DNA from: Lytechinus pictus
Lineage: Eukaryota
Direction: 5' to 3'
DNA length: 64,000 nt
NCBI RefSeq assembly: GCF_037042905.1
Contig: NC_087250.1
Coordinates: 20,028,001 to 20,092,000, forward strand
Part shown: positions 37,300 to 51,917 of the stretch, piece by piece
Layout of the letters: every line of letters begins with the position of its first letter
How positions within the stretch are numbered: the stretch's first letter is position 1
Position numbers and translations under genes: made by a program
Notes under the pieces: model-generated
Seen by the model: only the letters and a program-made list of their open reading frames with translations
Told to the model about the DNA's origin: nothing
Databases searched by the model: none

Positions 37300-40200
37300 G
37301 GGGGCAGACCAAAAGGTGATGCACTGTCTGATCATCCCCTCAGTCGTAGATAGTGTCTGCATCCCTGCTGTAGCCCCGAACTGCATATTAAGGACTTTGC
37401 ACCTTCCTGTACCAGACCATAGGCGATTAAGACATAGCCAGGATGGCCATTCGTCACTTGAACCTGGGGGCGTGATTTGCAAGGTCACATGGAAAGCTTT
37501 TGCGTCACAGACTGGACGTGGTTTGACCATAGGGCGATCCTTTGACTGTGTGCATAGCCATCAAGGGATTCAGTCAAGTGAAGAAAACTGTCTTGATTCG
37601 AGTCTCTTTTTGGCAGGTTCATAGTTAAAGAGTGGAAGAAGAAGAAGGACATCTTGGTTTGCTTGTTTTTCCACCCGTGCTGATACCTCTATGTGTTGGG
37701 AACTGTGCCACACAATAGGTAAAGATCATCTACTGTTTTTGGTAGCAGACAGCCAGAAATTGCTCTGCAAACAACATTGGGTTAAACTTGTAGCATACAG
37801 CAGAGCTGTTGAACGGATGGTTTGGCATCTGCTCCCATAATGTGTTAGCAAGCCTCTTCTTGATGCTATTCCTTTCTCCAGCTTTTGCCTTTGTCTTGGC
37901 AACATGTTCTTTGTACGCAAGAGTGACGTCAAGGTAGGCAGGCTTGCTAGTGTGTTTCATTCACTTTCAACACCATCTGACCATCAGTTTCCGGTCTGCA
38001 TCTCTATTGTTAAGTTGGAAGACGCTAAGTTGGGTTTTCTCTGGATAGTGAAGAGCAAGATATGCCAGAGCATCACTGAATGTTTTTTCCACCTCTTAAA
38101 ATGACTGCTTCTGTGAGGTAATCCACAGTTCATCAGCATAGGTAGCTCTTGGTGTTTGGGTGGATGTTAAAGAGGAGCTGGGCAAAGACACTTCTTTGTG
38201 GGAGACCACTTTTTCTGCCTCTATTTGCTGCTGGAACCACTGAGATTCACAAACAACCGGTTTGAGGGTATGTTCTGAATTAGCCTTGTCAACCTTTGTC
38301 ATCGCAATGACTTTCCTCGTAAGTCGGCCTACCCTATGACTAACTGTTTCATAAGCTGCAGAAAAGTCAACAGAGGCTGCTGCAGTTGTCAGACCTTCCT
38401 TAAACCATCTGATGTACTGAGTCAGATTCAGTACTTGATAAGTAAATGACTTTCCTGGCCTGAATCTTGCCTACTGGAATGAGGAACTCAGTCACAAAGG
38501 GAGCAATGCGGTTAAGCAGGAGCCTTTCAAAGGGTTTGTATGTGTGACAGAGTAGAGAGATTGCTCTCTAACTCTTTGGGCTGACTGGGTCTTTGCCTGG
38601 CTTGAGTTAGGTAACTACCCTCAATTTCCTCATGCCATTGTTTTTTTTTAATGCAAACAGTGGTTCATCATGTCGGCAGCCCTTGGGCTGCAACAGGTCC
38701 AAGAAGTGTTATCTGCTCACAGAGGACATCATATCTAATCCATGTGCCTGTTGCTCTTCATTGTTTTCTTTGATAGCATAGTACAAGCAGACAAGACGTT
38801 CATGCTGAATGGTCTTGAATTGAATTGAATTGAATTGAATTTATTAGAACTTCACTGGCAATTGCCAGCATTTTGTTCATAACAAGAAGTACAAAATGAT
38901 ACAAGACAAATATACAATGCAAGGAATATAAGCAAATAAACAAAAACAAAATAGTATTTCGTCAAAAAGAAAAAAAAAGAAAAAAGAAACAACTTGTAAA
39001 TTATATACAAATATACACAATAAACATAGGAATCATTCGGATAGATATTTTGACAATGGATATAGAGACTGATATCCAAGAAAAGATAAAGAAAACATAG
39101 AGAAAGTGAGAGAGGAAAGGGAAATAAAGAGGGAAGAAGTTCGAAAATGGAGAGAGCGGGAAAGAGAGGAAGAATGAGAAGAATGGCATTACATGTAAAT
39201 TCATTGTGTAAAAATATTGCGAATATATTACTTCAAAGTGTTTACCGGTTGATATTTTTAGTACTTAGAAATCACCCCTAATAGCAATTATGTTTTGGAT
39301 AAAAGAACAAAACAATTTAATCAAGGCTTCAGTTTCCAATTTCATGATGTAGATAAATTTTTCCTGGCACTCCATTTCAGTAAACCTAATATTGAAGGTA
39401 ATTATCTTTTCAAAAAAATCTTTACGCAAATCTTTATATTTGTTACATTTCATTATAATGTGGAACTCATCCCCGACAAAATCTTGTGTATTAAAATGAC
39501 TCTTAGTTGGGAGTCTGTCTCTGCACTTTTAGGGAGGTTGGCGGTTTGCGGGCAATAAATAGGGTTACCTTGACTGTACACAATAAGATAGTGGGCCACT
39601 TGGTCGTTGGTCACTAGGGGTATAGTTTGAGTCTCGTATAGTCGTTTTCAAGGATCCGAATTGCTTTCCCCGGCTTTTCTGCTGTTGTGAGTCATGTCCA
39701 TTGCTTTATTAAATTACTGTCACTTTCTTTTTTACTATCCAGATTGGCAGTTGTCAATTTTTCCCACATTCAAGTGTATCGGCACCAAATGGGTAGTGCT
39801 CAAAGCTCCTGAAATATTTATTGTACAGCAGCTTCGTCATCCGTCAAGCCCGGATAATATTTTGTACGGCATCCTCGTGGAATATCCTTCTGTGATGATT
39901 TCTTCAACAGCTTTCCAATTGTGTCATAATGAGTAGGGAGACCTGGAATATCCTGTGTATAGGTATCCGGATCTATCACAAACTGCTCCCAGATTTCCCA
40001 GATTGGTTTCTTCAGGGTGAAACGTCTGTGAAAGGGAACTGTGCGTGGAGTGATGGCTGCATTCACCTTCAGCCTATTAGGTCGGTGTTGAGTGTGCGGG
40101 AGAGGGTCAAGCACAACCTTCTCACATTTTGTTGGGTGATGCAATCCGATTTGCATCTGACCAGTTCTCCACAAGTTCTCCATCTCGTTGGTTTCTCCAT

Positions 40201-40370
40201 ATCCCCAGATAATGCTGTGACTGTTGAAATCCCCAATAATTACATTTCCTCGATCGGAGGGGGCTTCTCGAGGAAGGGAGAAATATTGGTTAGGAGGTTT
40301 ATAAAAAGAACTTAAGAAATAATCATAAGTTCAATGGTTACGACTTTGTCCTTTAGCTGAATGAGACAAT
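37300..40370 (-). mobile_element. Degraded Ingi/Vingi-like non-LTR element, interrupted at ~38815-39815
   Basis: AYLDVTLAYKEHVAKTKAKAGERNSIKKRLANTLW; endonuclease GDFNSHSIIWG near 40200-40235. Confidence 0.65.
38815..39490 (-). mobile_element. LINE 3' end with (ATTCA)n tail nested in the Vingi-like element
   Basis: DEFHIIMKCNKYKDLR-type C-terminal motif, AATAAA and pentamer tail on minus. Confidence 0.6.
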
Positions 40371-41216
40371 AATACGGCCTATAATCCAAATTAATTCTGC
40401 TTAAACAGATATTTGACCTGCTGATTAACTGCTGGAATCAGTAATGCCTATACATAATGTACAGGGACTAACCGGTTCTAGTGAGCAACAGGCTCAGATT
40501 AGAGTAATTTTTGTTGTCTACTTGATATATGTACGACATACTGAGGATCTCTTGATATGTGTTTAAATCACGGCAGGTGATCATTGAAAAGCCCCTTTTC
40601 ACCAAGTTGTCCAGATAAAAGAGCAATCCTGCTTGAAGGTCTGCAAGTAGACTATTGTGTTATCTGCCCCATTGCCCTTGCATTGGTATGATAAAAAGTA
40701 AAAAAAACCTTGCAACAACATAGGAAAATTGCCAGAATTGCAGATAGAAACTTTGATAGATCATTGTGATTTACATATTTAAGTAGGTACCCCATACAGT
40801 AATTAGCTTTTGAGTTCACAATCACTACAGTTAGGAATTATATTTGCCTTACTGATAAATAATTTCGTTTCCCATTGCAGACACTTTAAGACTTATTGGT
40901 TGGTCTTAGATATGTATTACCCTTCCTTAAATGTTATATGATAAAATGTTCCAAATAACAAACTAAATGATATTGTCAATAATGCACATTTCCTCTCTCA
41001 TTTCCGTACGCACCGAAAAGTTACATTATTAGACTGAAAATTTTCACAAAATTCACCAAAAGTGCGCATGATATCCTTCAATTTACTATGAAAAAGCGCC
41101 CCTTGCCAAACTCAGTCGCTTCGCTCCCTTGCTTTGTTTCTTAGAGATTTTTTTAGTCGTCTTGCCGCCCCAAGGACAAATTTTCTGCATACAGCCATGC
41201 CCTCTCTCAATATGCC

Positions 41217-43876
41217 AATTTACCACTAACAGAAAATCAAATTATAAAAAGGTTCCACTCCACCCTTGGATTACTAAATCACTTTTGAGATCAATCAACC
41301 GAAAGAACAACCTTTACTATAAATACATAACTAAACAAAGTAACGAATCTCGCTTTAAATATACTTCATACAAAAACACACTCACTACTTTATTACGCAT
41401 TGCAAAAAGAGAATATTATACCTCCCAACTTAATTTGTTCAAAAACGATATGAGGAACACATGGAAAATCATTAATGGAGCATTAAATGAAAACAAAAAA
41501 AGTACTTCTATAACAAAAATAAAAGTAAACAATACAACTACCGACGACAACATCTCAATAGCACAAGAATTTAATTCATATTTTTCAAACATTGGCAACA
41601 ATCTGGCAAGCAAAGTCCCTAAAACTCATAAATCTTTCAACAGTTTTCTTGACAACCAAAATCCAAACTCTATATTTTTTAATCCTACGAACACAAGATA
41701 AATTATTAATATTGTTAATAATCTACAGACCAAGAAGAGCACAGGTTTCGATGGTATTCCTAACTTCCTACTTAAGAAAATTATTTTAACTATCGTCGAT
41801 CCTCTGGTCCACATATTTAATGTTTCTATGAACACAGGGAAGGTACCTAACCTAATGAAAATAGCCAAAGTCATCCCCCTTTACAAAAAAAGGTGATAAT
41901 CAACTTGTTTCTAATTACCGTCCTATTTCATTGCTCACTTCGTTATCTAAAATTCTCGAAAAACTTATACATACTCGTACAATTACGTTCTTTAATAAAT
42001 TCAATACTTTTTCGAACTCGCAATTTGGTTTCCGCGAAAATCATAGCACCTCGCATGCAATTTTGACTTTTATTAATAAAATTACTTCTTCCATAGATAT
42101 AGGTTGTCATACTGTTGGTATTTTCCTGGACTTCTCGAAGGCCTTCGATACCATTAACCACGATATACTTCTTCATAAACTTTCTTTTTATGGTATCAGG
42201 GGGAAGGCCTTGGAGTGGTTCAAGAGCTACCTAACAGACAGGTCTCAATTTGTGTCAGTCAACAACGTTGTTTCTTCTACTCTTCCTATTACATGTGGAG
42301 TACCACAGGGTAGTTTACTTGGTCCTCTTTTTTTTATTACATATATTAATGACATTAAAAAAAGTTCAAATTTACTAACATTTGTATTGTTTGCTTACGA
42401 TTCGAACATTTTCTTTTCTCATGATAACGTAAACCAACTTGTAAGAATTGTAAACTCAGAACTTATACATGTCACTGACTGGATTAAGGCGAATAAACTA
42501 TCACTTAACTTACAAAAGACGAATTTTATGCTTTTTAGTAACAGAATAAATACAATACCTGATAACATAATTTTTGATAATACTGTTCTTGAAAATGTTT
42601 CAGATACAAGATTTTTGGGGGTTACTATCGATAATAAGCTATCATGGAAACCACACATCAATAATACATGCAAAACAATTTCAAGAAACATCGGAATTAT
42701 CAACAAACTCAAATATTTTTTCCCATCTCACACTTTACTTACACTGTATCATACGTTAATATTACCATACATTAATTATGGCATTTTGGCATGGGGTTGT
42801 GCGATCCAAACACAATTACAAAGAATACTGTTGCTGCAGAAGAAGGCTCTTAGAATAATTTTTCAAACCCAATTCAGATCACACACAGATATACTATTCT
42901 TCCAAAATAATATTCTTAAAGTGAGTGATTTATATCTTTTCCAACTCGCCCAATTTATGTATAAACTAAACAAAGATGATCTCCCAACAATTTTTTCAAA
43001 TATGTTCTGTAAAAAACTCCTCTATACACGATTACCCAACGAGACAACGTAATTGTTATCACCTACCCCCTACCCGTACTATATTAGCGAAAAACTATTT
43101 TATCTTTTTTGGACCTGCGTATTGGAATTCCCTGCCCAACGACTTTAAAGAATCTACAAACCTTAATATTTTTAAACGCAAACTTAAAAAGATGCTCATT
43201 TGTCAATACTCCACACCAACAAGTCAAGCTAACACATAACCTAAACTAAAACTACATAATAACCTTTAACTGCCAATAAATTTGTCAAACTTTACTTAAA
43301 AAAACAACAACAACACTACAACATGATACAATACATTACGACCTGTGCACCTGCCATGTTCCTCTTTTCATTTGCACTTTTTATTTGCACCTCCCTTATC
43401 TCCCTCTTTCTTTCCTTTGCCACTTTTCCCTCCCTATTATGATTTTGTAAGTACTTTTTTTTGTGTTACCACTGTAATTATTATTATTTGAATTACTTTC
43501 TCTTATTTTTGTTGTCGCTTATTCGTTTTATTTTGATATTTGTGGATTACTTGTTTTAAGTTTGTCTTCTGTGTCCGTCTCGATTTTTGTATAGAGTTGT
43601 ATATATAGTTTGTTTATAATTAGTATTGAAACTAAGTTTAGGGGCTTGCCTTCTCTACAAGCTTTTGCTTTTCTTGGCAAGTCCCTCCGTTCATTTCTTG
43701 TTTCTTTTCATTGATAATATTACTGCAACAAATTGTAGTTTTGTTTAATTTATATTCAACATCTGTTACAAAATTTCATTGATTTGTCTGTATTATCGAT
43801 TATATTGAATATGTATTGTTACTTTGATTATATTTTGAAAAAAATGTTGAACGGAAATAAAATCTAAATCTAAATC
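41217..43876 (+). mobile_element. CR1/L2-group LINE, 5'-truncated and frameshifted
   Basis: PWIT, FLDFSKAFD, GVPQGS, LFAYD (catalytic D lost); AATAAA plus (AATCTA)n tail; candidate TSD TATGCC at 41211 and 43877. Confidence 0.9.
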
Positions 43877-44239
43877 TATGCCGACTGCCTGGCCAGATGG
43901 CTTAAATGAATTGTCATCACCACGATAAATTCTTAGAATAGTATAAAATGCATTTTGAGGACCAAAACAGGGAATTTTTGGGAGGTTACAGGCCTGAAAT
44001 ATCGCCCAAAAGTGATAGTTGCTAGGGAAAATGCTGTTGCTAGGCAACATAATGGTTTCCATGGGTAACAGAAAAATCTATGAATACTCAATTATTTAGA
44101 TTAGAACAGATAACATGACACAGCAGGGTATCTAAGAATGATTTATAAAAATATTATAAAATCCATTAAATGATAATAGACCATATACTGTTGCGTATAA
44201 TACACACAAACATGGTGATACATGTCACATGCAGGGGTT

Positions 44240-47200
44240 TGTAGTAGTTTTCTTTTCATCAAACACTGATTTCAACATGATCAGAGCTTGATCACTACTT
44301 TGTTTACAATGATCATGCAAAGACAGCTGATTTACAACTTAATTAATTCTTTTGATGGAGCACTCCTCAGTTAGCCTATTCAACTTGATTCTTTTGTGCA
44401 CCTACTGGCCCAGTCATCCTTTATTCAAGATGTTCACACAACAGCCAGGAATTCTTTCATGTTCTTTCGTCTTCTACTTCTAGTTCAGAGTTGTCACAAC
44501 TTAGACAGCAAGTAGACAGACTTACATTTCAAGTGCAATCATTGACTACGCAACTTCAACATGAACGTGGTCGATCTCCAAATAGGCGCCCTCATCGTCC
44601 AAATAGACAACGTAGCAGGAGTAGCAGTCAAAAGCGTCCTCTCTGTTGGTATCACTGGAAGCATGGTGCAGGAGCTCGCAAGTGTACACCGCCATGTAAC
44701 TTTAATCACGCTTCTTTGTTTTCGAGTGATTCTCAACAGCCTTCTTCCAACACTCATGCTCAGGGAAACGACAGAGCCAGCCGGGATTGAGAGCGACGAC
44801 CCGTGCTGGTGCTAAGAATAAGAATGGTCGCTTGTTCTACATTCATGATCGGATCAGTGGTACTCAATTTTTAGTAGATACTGGAGCTGAAGTCAGCATA
44901 ATCACGCCATTTGCAGTTGACAGACAACGGCATACACATTCAGAGTTCACATTGGAAGCGGTTAACGAGTCTCGCATTCCTACGTATGGTGAACGCTCCA
45001 TCACTTTGGACTTGGGCCTTCGAAGGACTTTTCGTTTTGTTTTTGTGATTGCCGATCTTCCTACACCCATTATTGGAGCCGATTTCTTGAATGAATTGGA
45101 CTGGTTGTAGATGTTAAGCATCGAAAACTTCTTGACTCCACTACAAAGCTCACGATCTACGGCATCCGTGCTCCACTTCAGACGCAGTCTGTCAGTCCTA
45201 TGTTTTCACGTTCATCGACTACAGGCAGTGATGAGTATAACGCCATCTTAAAGGAGTACCCAGACATCACTCGTCCTGACTATCGCCCCAAAGCTGTCAA
45301 ACATTCTGTTACGCACCACATTGTAAAGACAGGACCTCCATGTTCCGCACGTCCACGTCGTTTAGCTGCTGATCGCCTGACAATAGCACGTTCTGAGTTC
45401 GAACATATGCAGGAACTGGGGATCGTTAGACTGTCGAGCAGCAATTGGGCATCCCCGCTCCACATGGCTCCCAAATCTACACCAGGTGATTGGCGCCCAT
45501 GTGGGGATTACCGTGCTCTTAACGCTCGAACTGTACCAGATCGCTACCCAGTCCCACATATCCAGGACTTTACAGCATCATTGAATGGCAAGAAGATCTT
45601 TTCGAAGATAGATCTCGTCAAGGCATACCATCAGATACCCGTTGAACCATCTGATATACCGAAGACGGCAATTACCACACCCTTCGGACTCTTCGAGTTT
45701 ACGCGAATGCCTTTCGGACTTCGAAATGCAGCCCAATCCTTCCAGCGTTTGATGGACGAAGTGGTCAGGGGCTTGCCTTTTGTCTTTGTGTACATCGACG
45801 ACATGCTAGTTGCTAGTGCAACAGAGGAAGAGCATAAAGAACATCTCCGACTTCTTTTTGCTCGCCTTCACGAGTATGGTATTGTGATCAACCCTGCCAA
45901 GTGTGTGTTTGGTGTGAGCTCTCTCATCTTCTTGGGACATCACATCAGCGCAGATGGCATTCGACCCCTCGAGAAGCGCGTAGAGGAGATCCGCGAATTT
46001 GCTCGTCCTTCTTCTATTCGACAGCTCCGTCGTTTTCTAGGACTTGTCAATTTTATCGACGATTTATCCCCAAGGCAGCAGCTATCCTCTCACCACTTAC
46101 CGACATGCTCCGTGGTCAGCCGAAGAGATCAACCAAGGCAGTTGAGTGGACGGAAGAGCGCATCAGTGCATTCGAGCGTGCGAAGGAGGAACTCGCAAAT
46201 GCTGCTTTGCTTGTACATCCTTCGATAGATCTCCAAACTAACTTGATGGTTGATGCATCAGATGTAGCAGTCGGTGGCGTCCTTCAACAGTACGCTGATG
46301 GTATTTGGAAGCCAATTGCGTTCTTTTCACAGCGACTCAAACCTACCGAAACTAGATACAGCACTTTTGGTAGGGAATTATTAGCTGTTTACCTCACGAT
46401 TCGCCATTTTCGCCATTTCTTAGAGGGACGCGAGTTCACAGTCTACACGGATCATAAGCCGTTGACCTACGCTTTGCGATCGAAGCCTGACCGTCACTCT
46501 CCAAGAGAAATCCGCCAGCTGGACTATATCTCGCAGTTTACATCAGACATTCAGCATGTACACGGTGTAGACAACACAGTAGCTGATGCCTTGTCTCGAC
46601 TGCATGTGGATGCTCTTCACACATCATTTACTGTTGATTTTGATCAGATTGCAGCCGACCAAATTGATGATGAATGGGAAGAGATACAGAAATCAACTTC
46701 ACTGACATTTAAGCAAGTACCACGGCCTTCAAGCGACGGAATGATTTTGTGCGATGTCTCTACAGACCACGAGAGACCTTACGTCCCGAAGAAACACCGC
46801 CGCATGGTATTTGAAGCGTTGCATAATATGTCACATCCTGGTGTACGCTCTACCCAAACAATGATTACTTCACGTTTTGTTTGGCCAAGTATGAACAAGG
46901 ACATACGTACATGGGCTCGTTCATGCCTATCTTGCCAGCGCTCTAAGATCCACCGACATATCAAGGCACCACTTGGAACCTACACTGCGCCAGACGCCAG
47001 ATTCAGTCATATTCATGTAGACTTAGTCGGTCCATTGCCTTTGTCAAATGGATATTGTTACATGTTAACCTGTATTGATCGGTTTACAAGATGGGCCGAT
47101 GCTTTCCCAATATCAGACATTACAGCAGAGACTGTCGCCAAGACACTTGTGCATGAGTGGATTTCCCGATTTGGCGCACCCTCGACCATCACCACGGACA

Positions 47201-48336
47201 GTGGTAGGCAGTTTGAATCGCAACTCTTCCAAGCACTCACTTCACTTCTTGGGAGCTCTCGTACACGCACCACTGCGTATCACCCTGCGGCCAATGGTAT
47301 TGTGGAAAGATTCCATCGTCAGCTCAAAGCAGCACTTCGAGCGCAATCTGATCACAGCAAATGGCAAGAGTTTTTGCCGATCGCACTTTTGGGCATACGC
47401 ACAACGGTAAAAGAGGATCTTGGATGTACACCAGCAGAACTGGTGTATGGAACTACACTGAAGGTTCCAGGTCAGCTGGTGGCACCAACAACTCCAGACT
47501 CTTTCTCCAACCCAGGCGACTATGTTCATCGCCTTCGCAACTATATGATTGACATCAACCCTGCACGAACACGTTCTCAAACTACTACATCGCATGTTCC
47601 ACCTGATTTGCAAGATTGCTCGCATGTATTTATCAGGTGTGATGCTGTCCGGCCGTCACTTCAACCGCAATATGATGGACCTTACAGAGTTGTTAGTAGG
47701 ACGCCAAAGTTTTTTTATTTTGGATGTGAAAGGGAAGAATGATTCCGTCAGCGTTGATCGTCTCAAGGTTGCTCATCTGCCATCTACTACAAGCATGGAC
47801 AATTCATTTCTACATCATGCATCATTTTCATCGCTACCTACTCCTACTACCTCTACTCCACCGGTGCGGACAACCAGATCAGGTCGCCGCGTCCATTTTC
47901 CAGCTCGTTTTGCCCAGTTTTCCAATGGATGAAAGGACATCTTACATTATCATGGGACCAATGCTTTGTATCGATCAACTTAACTCTTGTTCGTTGATCT
48001 AGGAGGGGAGTACTGTAGTGGTTTTCTTTTCATCAAACACTGATTTCAACATGATCAGAGCTTGATCACTACTTTGTTTACATTGATCATGCAAAGACAG
48101 CTGATTTACAACTTAATTAATTCTTTTGATGGAGCACTTCTCAGTTAGCCTATTCAACTCGATTCTTTTGTGCACCTACTGGCCCAGTCATCCTTTATTC
48201 AAGATGTTCACACAACAGCCAGGAATTCTTTCATGTTCATTTTCTAAGCCATGGAATGCTCCTGTCTATTTCTAAGTGGATGTTTTTCTCACTTAGCAAC
48301 TACTAGCCAGTCAGATTTAAGCTGAGAGCAACCTCA
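44240..48336 (+). mobile_element. Gypsy/Ty3 LTR retrotransposon (CsRn1-like), internally deleted and frameshifted
   Basis: Repeats 44240-44464 and 48014-48238 start TGTAG and differ at ~4 sites. PPT AGGAGGGGAG at 48001. Gag end CWYHWKHGAGARKCTPPC, protease FLVDTGAE, RT YIDD, RNase H DASD, integrase. 3' LTR end at 48336 is inferred from CA plus flanks GGGTT/TGGTT. Confidence 0.92.
44787..47932 (+). pseudogene. Gypsy pol (PR-RT-RH-IN) broken by frameshifts
   Basis: Domains are split over ORFs 44787-45110, 45200-46228, 45901-47742 and 47549-47932. Confidence 0.9.
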
Positions 48337-51104
48337 TGGTTAATTTTGACACTCCAACACACTCAGTAGAAAGTCTTCACCTAGTAAGGACATGTACAAT
48401 TTCTGCTAGTCATCTTTTTTGCAACACAACAAATAGCTCATACTCTGGATTTATTTTACATCATCAGGATTTCAAGTTCTTTATTTTCATCATTTTGATT
48501 TCGACATATGTAAATATATATCCATCGCTTGTGTTATCCAAGTGGGAGCGTGCAATATCTCTAGGAGAACATCTCGTGTCACCCTATTCGCGACGCGTTT
48601 CGCTGAGGCCTCACGGGCGCGGTCGTTCTTCATCGCGACATCGTTCTTCTCCATCTGTTGTATATATATATATATATATTTCGCATTTATCTTGTTAATG
48701 GACATCGCATTAAAGGATCCCGATGAATTTATAGTCATTTGATTTTCTACATCTTCGCCTTTGCATAAAGGAACCCAGTGCTGGTGAGTCAATCAGATAT
48801 ATTTATTTTAAGTAAGACCTCATTTCTTACAGGTTAATCAAACATGACAATGATGTAATTTTTCATGATCACAAATGCATTATACATCCTAGTCTCCCTC
48901 TTTTATTCATTTTTTCATAAAAATTCACCTTCTTCATTAGTTTTTACAAATTAAAAACTAAAAAAAAGGATAAAATGAATTAATCCGGTAAAAAAAGAGA
49001 GAATATTGAAAAGTGAATATGGTGGCTAGGGAAAATAATGTTGCTAGGCAACAGTTTTGAAATCAAATATGTATGAAATATATATTTGGTTGCTAGGCGT
49101 AATCATATTCAATCTGTAGTGATTTTATCCATGTAAAATCTATATTTATATATAAATTACTGTAATTCAATAACAAATATAAATAATAAGTTACTGCTTT
49201 GCATTTATCACAAAAATGGGCGTGGCCTATTCAAGGCTGGTTTTCATGGTTAAGCTACACTCTGCGACACTTTTAATTCCCAGTTCTAAAAAAAATCAGA
49301 AAATTTCCTTCAAATTGATGTATGTTTTTGCTTTGATCCAGTCGGGGGGATTAAAGTCCCTACTTTATTTATGTAGAGAACCAAAATATTTGAAGCGGAA
49401 AAATATTCGTTTGCTATATACTTGTTAGCTTTATTTTGGTATGGATGTATTGAGCAGTGAATTAGTGTGTTATATTTCAACAGGATCTATACTACAAAAC
49501 TATACACTGTGTATGGGTAAAGGAGCCTGGCCATACTTGAGTAGTTGAGTAGTTGAGGAAGATAAACAAGGCTGATGGTTTGTTTTATAACATCTAAAGT
49601 CAATTACTGATAAAATATAAAAATAAAGTGAGATAATAATATACTTTTAAATGAATGATTCATATGAATTATGCATACATAATTTTTCTTTCAATGTTTG
49701 TAGTGTCTACGATGATAGCTGAAAAAATATTGGTCAAAATAATAATGTGTTGGTGAAGCATTAGCATTTGGTCGGACGCATAATTATTTAAACAAGTCTT
49801 ACAACTTTACAAGAGAGAGAGAGAAAAAAAAAAGATTTACAAAATTACTGTTCTGTTTTGTAAAAATCAGAGCAATCTTTTCTGCAGATTTGATATGCAA
49901 AGAGGAAGTAAGTATTAAAAACACGTTTATGTTATCAAAACTCGAGCAACAAGCCTTATCTAGTTATTTTCCCCTTCACTCCGAAACAATTCACCAACGT
50001 CTAAAGTGGACACTTATTTTCATTACAATTAGAGCAACTATATATCTATGTGTTATACTCAAATGTAGGCCCATAAATCAAATTGTATGCCACCTTTTAA
50101 TTAATAGACGTTCGTATCGATTTTATCAGTTGATCGATGTACCGAAGTATTATCGTCGCGTCGGTGATACTATTGAGCACTTTTAGAAATGTACGTCGAC
50201 ATAGAGGACTGGTACGAGATGACGTCATTTTTTGGCCTGCCATATGCCTCGGGTCCTCACACATGTCCACTATCAAAATCGAGAACCTCGCCACATCCAT
50301 TTTGCGGTTCTCCTAAATCATAGACGACGTGCACGTGAGTGACGTCATTTTAACCGTTCAAGCCCAGTATGAAGATCAACCTTTCCCTTTTAAAACACAG
50401 TTTTCAGTGACTTTTCACAAAATTAATGTTAGTTGTACGATGCATTATGTTTATCATATTTGAAATTGCTTTCTGATCTCCAAAATATTTATCGATATAT
50501 ATCCTAACTCGCGTTAAAAAGGAATCAAACCAAGTGAAAGGGCACGTGTGCACAAGTTGCACCTTCGCATCACCCGACCGGGTCGCCAGGCGATGGTGCG
50601 CGAGATCTTCCGGGTCGGGCAGCGTGTCATGACCCGCTGGTTATCGCGCTGTTTCACGTGGACGTACGTACACGTACAAGTCGAGTGAAATCTAAAGTAT
50701 TCGCATTTGTAGTGAACAAGGGCAGACGACGACGTTGACTCGAACGATCAGATGACTGCTACGTCGTTCTCGTTCACTGCTCCAAAAACTCTCTATTACC
50801 CCTTATATGGGGAGATAGAGATTAGTGATAATTCTCAGACTACTAAAATTGAGCTTCGACCTAGCTTCTTATATAAGTTTGCATACTATGAAGTACAAAA
50901 ACGCACAATTTAATGGTGGTGGTAACTAATCATAATTATATTGCACCTCGCTATATGACAGGTCAGACTAGTCTAACGCCGAGGACATTGATGCGGGAAT
51001 TAAGCAACTAACTCGGAAACGACCTGGCGCAGATAATCTACCAGATTGAAGAGCGCCAACTTAACTCCAACACCAACCAACCAACTAACCGCCCTTTCAC
51101 ACGG

Positions 51105-51917
51105 CAGGAGCGGCTGAACGTATTTTCGGTTTTTTTTTTTTTTTTTTTTGGGGGGGGGGGCAAAGCCAAAAAGGGCACTTATATGTCATAATTGGCATTT
51201 TGGTGAAAACAGATATTTTCACCATGAGATTATCATCTGTAAAAAAGTTGTGTGTTTTGTAGTAATTAAGTTGAGCAAAGTCATTATGAAGTGATTTCTG
51301 ATTGATAAAATAAATATTTAGGATTTAAAGTTGTTAAACTCGCTTTTTGGTCAATTATGGAGCGAATGATGCAAGCGCTATGCGCAAGCTCAAACTTTTG
51401 GATATTCATTATTTTAATTACACATGAAAATTAAACATTCCAAGCAGTTATTTTTATCATGAAAAGGTTGTGTATATTATTGACGTGAGCGCGAAGCTCG
51501 AGCTGAAAGTTTGTATATACTGACCAGAAAAGGGACCTGATTAGGACTGCATGTAGTGACTGATTAATAGGATACATATCTCACCAATCGAAAAATGCTA
51601 GCACAAATCACGAGTTGAAAAGTTTTGATATTCCAACCTGAGAACTGGACATTCTAAGCACTTTTTATAACCAAGAACAAAATAAGTAACATTTTAAAGA
51701 ATAGTTGATGCGCGCGCCAAGCGCGCGCCAATTTTTTTTTCTAACCTAAAATGTATTATTGGTTTACTTAAAAAAGAGTATTTCTTTTAAAAAAGGGAAA
51801 CTTTCAGATTGAAAAAGGCACTTTCCTTTTTGAAAAGATGCATTTTTTCCCTAAGAGGAATTGGGGGAGGGAGGGGACTTGCAACCTGCCCCCCCCCCCC
51901 CGGTTTCACCGCCCCTG
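51105..51917. mobile_element. hAT-type non-autonomous element nested in a MITE
   Basis: Exact 8-bp TSD TCACACGG (51097-51104, 51918-51925); TIR CAGGAGCGG...CCGCCCCTG. Confidence 0.88.
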
